This document shows positions 62,383 to 64,000 of a stretch of DNA of 64,000 nucleotides, in pieces. Source of the DNA: Mustelus asterias (taxonomy: Eukaryota); assembly GCF_964213995.1 (NCBI RefSeq), contig NC_135823.1:558001-622000 (forward strand). The letters run 5' to 3'. Position numbers and translations under genes: made by a program. Under the pieces are notes generated by a model that saw only the letters and a program-made list of their open reading frames with translations, was not told where the DNA came from and did not search any database. Every line of letters starts with the position of its first letter. Position 1 is the first letter of the stretch.

Positions 62383-63345
62383 CAGATGATGTGGAGATGC
62401 CGGCACTGGACTGGGGTAAACACGGTAAGAAGTCTCACAGTACAAGGCTAAAGTCCAACAGGTTCATTTGTTAGCACAAATTTGGTATTGTGCTACCAAA
62501 TAAACCTGTTGGAATTTAACCTGGTGTTGTGAGACCCCTTCCTGTGTGAGAGAGAGAGACAGAGCAATTCTGGCTGTCTGTGTTTCTCAGTAAGACGTTT
62601 AACAACACCAGGTTAAAGTCCAACAGGTTTATTTGGTAGCAAAAGCCACACACCCATGTTTCTGCATGGGTGTGTGATTCTGACATTATCCAGCAAAGAG
62701 TAGATTGGTAAAAGTGTGTATGATTGTGTGTATGTGTGTATGTGAGAGAGAGAGATGATGTGGAGATGCCGGCGTTGGACTGGGGTAAACACAGTAAGAA
62801 TTCTCACAACACAAGGTTAACGTCCAACAGGTTCATTAGGTAGCACAAATTTGGTATTGTGCGACCAAATAAACCTGTTGGACTTTAACCTGGTGTTGTG
62901 AGACATCCTACTGTGAGAGAGAGAGAGACAGAGAACTTCTGGCTGTCTGCGTGGGTATGTGATTCTGACATTATCCAGTAAAGGGTGGATTGGTAAAAGT
63001 GTGTGTGTGTGGGTATTTGATTCTGACATGATCCAGCAGAGGAAAGATTGGTAAAGCTGTCTGTATGTGCATGTGTGTGTTTGTGTGTGTGAGAAAGAGG
63101 GAAAGATTGTATCTGTGTGTGTGATACAGAGAGAGAGAGAGAGAGAGAGATTCTGGATGTCAATGTGTGCGTGTCGGTGTGTGATTCTGGCATAATCCGG
63201 AAGAGTGTAGACTGGTAAAGGTGTGTGTGTTTGTATCTGTGCACGAGTGTGCGTGAGAGACAGCGAGAAAGATTCTGGTTGTGTGTGTGTCTGTGTATGC
63301 CTGTGTGAGAGAAAAGATAAATTCTGGCTGTGTGTGCGTCTATGT
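62260..63345. repeat. (GT)n/(GA)n complex repeat containing duplicated Penelope-pLTR-derived hairpins
   Basis: (GT)n at about 62299-62381; units at about 62384-62580 and 62754-62950. Confidence 0.85.
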
Positions 63346-63347
63346 GT

Positions 63348-64000
63348 TGATTTGATTTATTATTGTCACATGTATTGGGATACAGTGAAAAGTATTGTTT
63401 CTTGTGCACTATACAGACAAAGCACACCGTACATAGAGAAGGAAAGGAAAGGGTGCAGATTGTACTGTTACAGTCATAGCTCGGGTGCAGAGAAAGATCA
63501 ACTTAATGCAAGGTAGGTCCATTCAAAGTCTGATGGAAGCAGGGAAGAAGCTGTTCTTGAGTCGGTTGGTCCATGAACGCAGACTTTTGTACATTTTTCC
63601 CGACGGAAGAAGGTGGAAGAGAGAATGTCCGTGGTGTGTGGTTTCCTTCATTTTGCTGGCTGCTTTGCCGAGGCTGTGGGATGTGTAGACAGAGTCAATG
63701 GACGGGAGGCTGGTTTGCGTGATGGACTGGGCTACATTCACGAACCTTCGTAGTTTCCTGCGATCTTGGGCAGAACAGGAGCCATACCAAGCTGTGATAC
63801 AACCAGAAAGAATGGTGTCTATCTGGAAAATTTGATGAGAGTCGGAGCTGACATACCAAATTTCCTTACTCTTCTGAGAAAGAAGAGGCGTTGGTGGGCT
63901 TTCTTAACTGTAGTGTCAGCATTTGGGGACCAGGAAAGCTTGTTGGTGATCTGGACACATAAAAGTTAGAAGCTATCGACGATTTAAACTTCGTCCCCGC
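63348..64000 (-). mobile_element. Rex1/Babar 3' fragment (cut by window edge)
   Basis: HHGHSLFHLLPSGK..SLRSWTNRLKNSFFP. Confidence 0.9.

Overview
This is eukaryotic vertebrate DNA, almost certainly from a cartilaginous fish (shark), judged from HE1-type V-SINEs, HER1/CR1-type LINEs, Rex1/Babar LINE remnants and Penelope remnants. Most of the window is decayed retroelement and simple repeat, with four N gaps. I manually reconstructed one apparently intact minus-strand gene (gene A, ATG 21826 to TGA 10313, 8-9 coding exons, about 341-352 aa). It encodes a non-rearranging antigen-receptor-like IgSF protein: leader, germline-joined VJ domain, C1 domain, Cys-containing stalk with uncharged TM, and a long multi-exon tail ending in an ITIM-like LYASL motif. 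The ORF track shows only its V and C1 exons. Two probable decayed relatives lie upstream. Gene B is on the plus strand, head-to-head with A (V-like and C1-like relics, an intact Arg-containing TM exon, a YAHL exon). Gene C is on the minus strand (C1 relic plus an Arg-containing TM exon). Together they suggest a paired inhibitory/activating VJ-C1 receptor cluster undergoing birth and death. All exon calls and translations were done by eye; no database search or expression data were available. Repeat boundaries are approximate.
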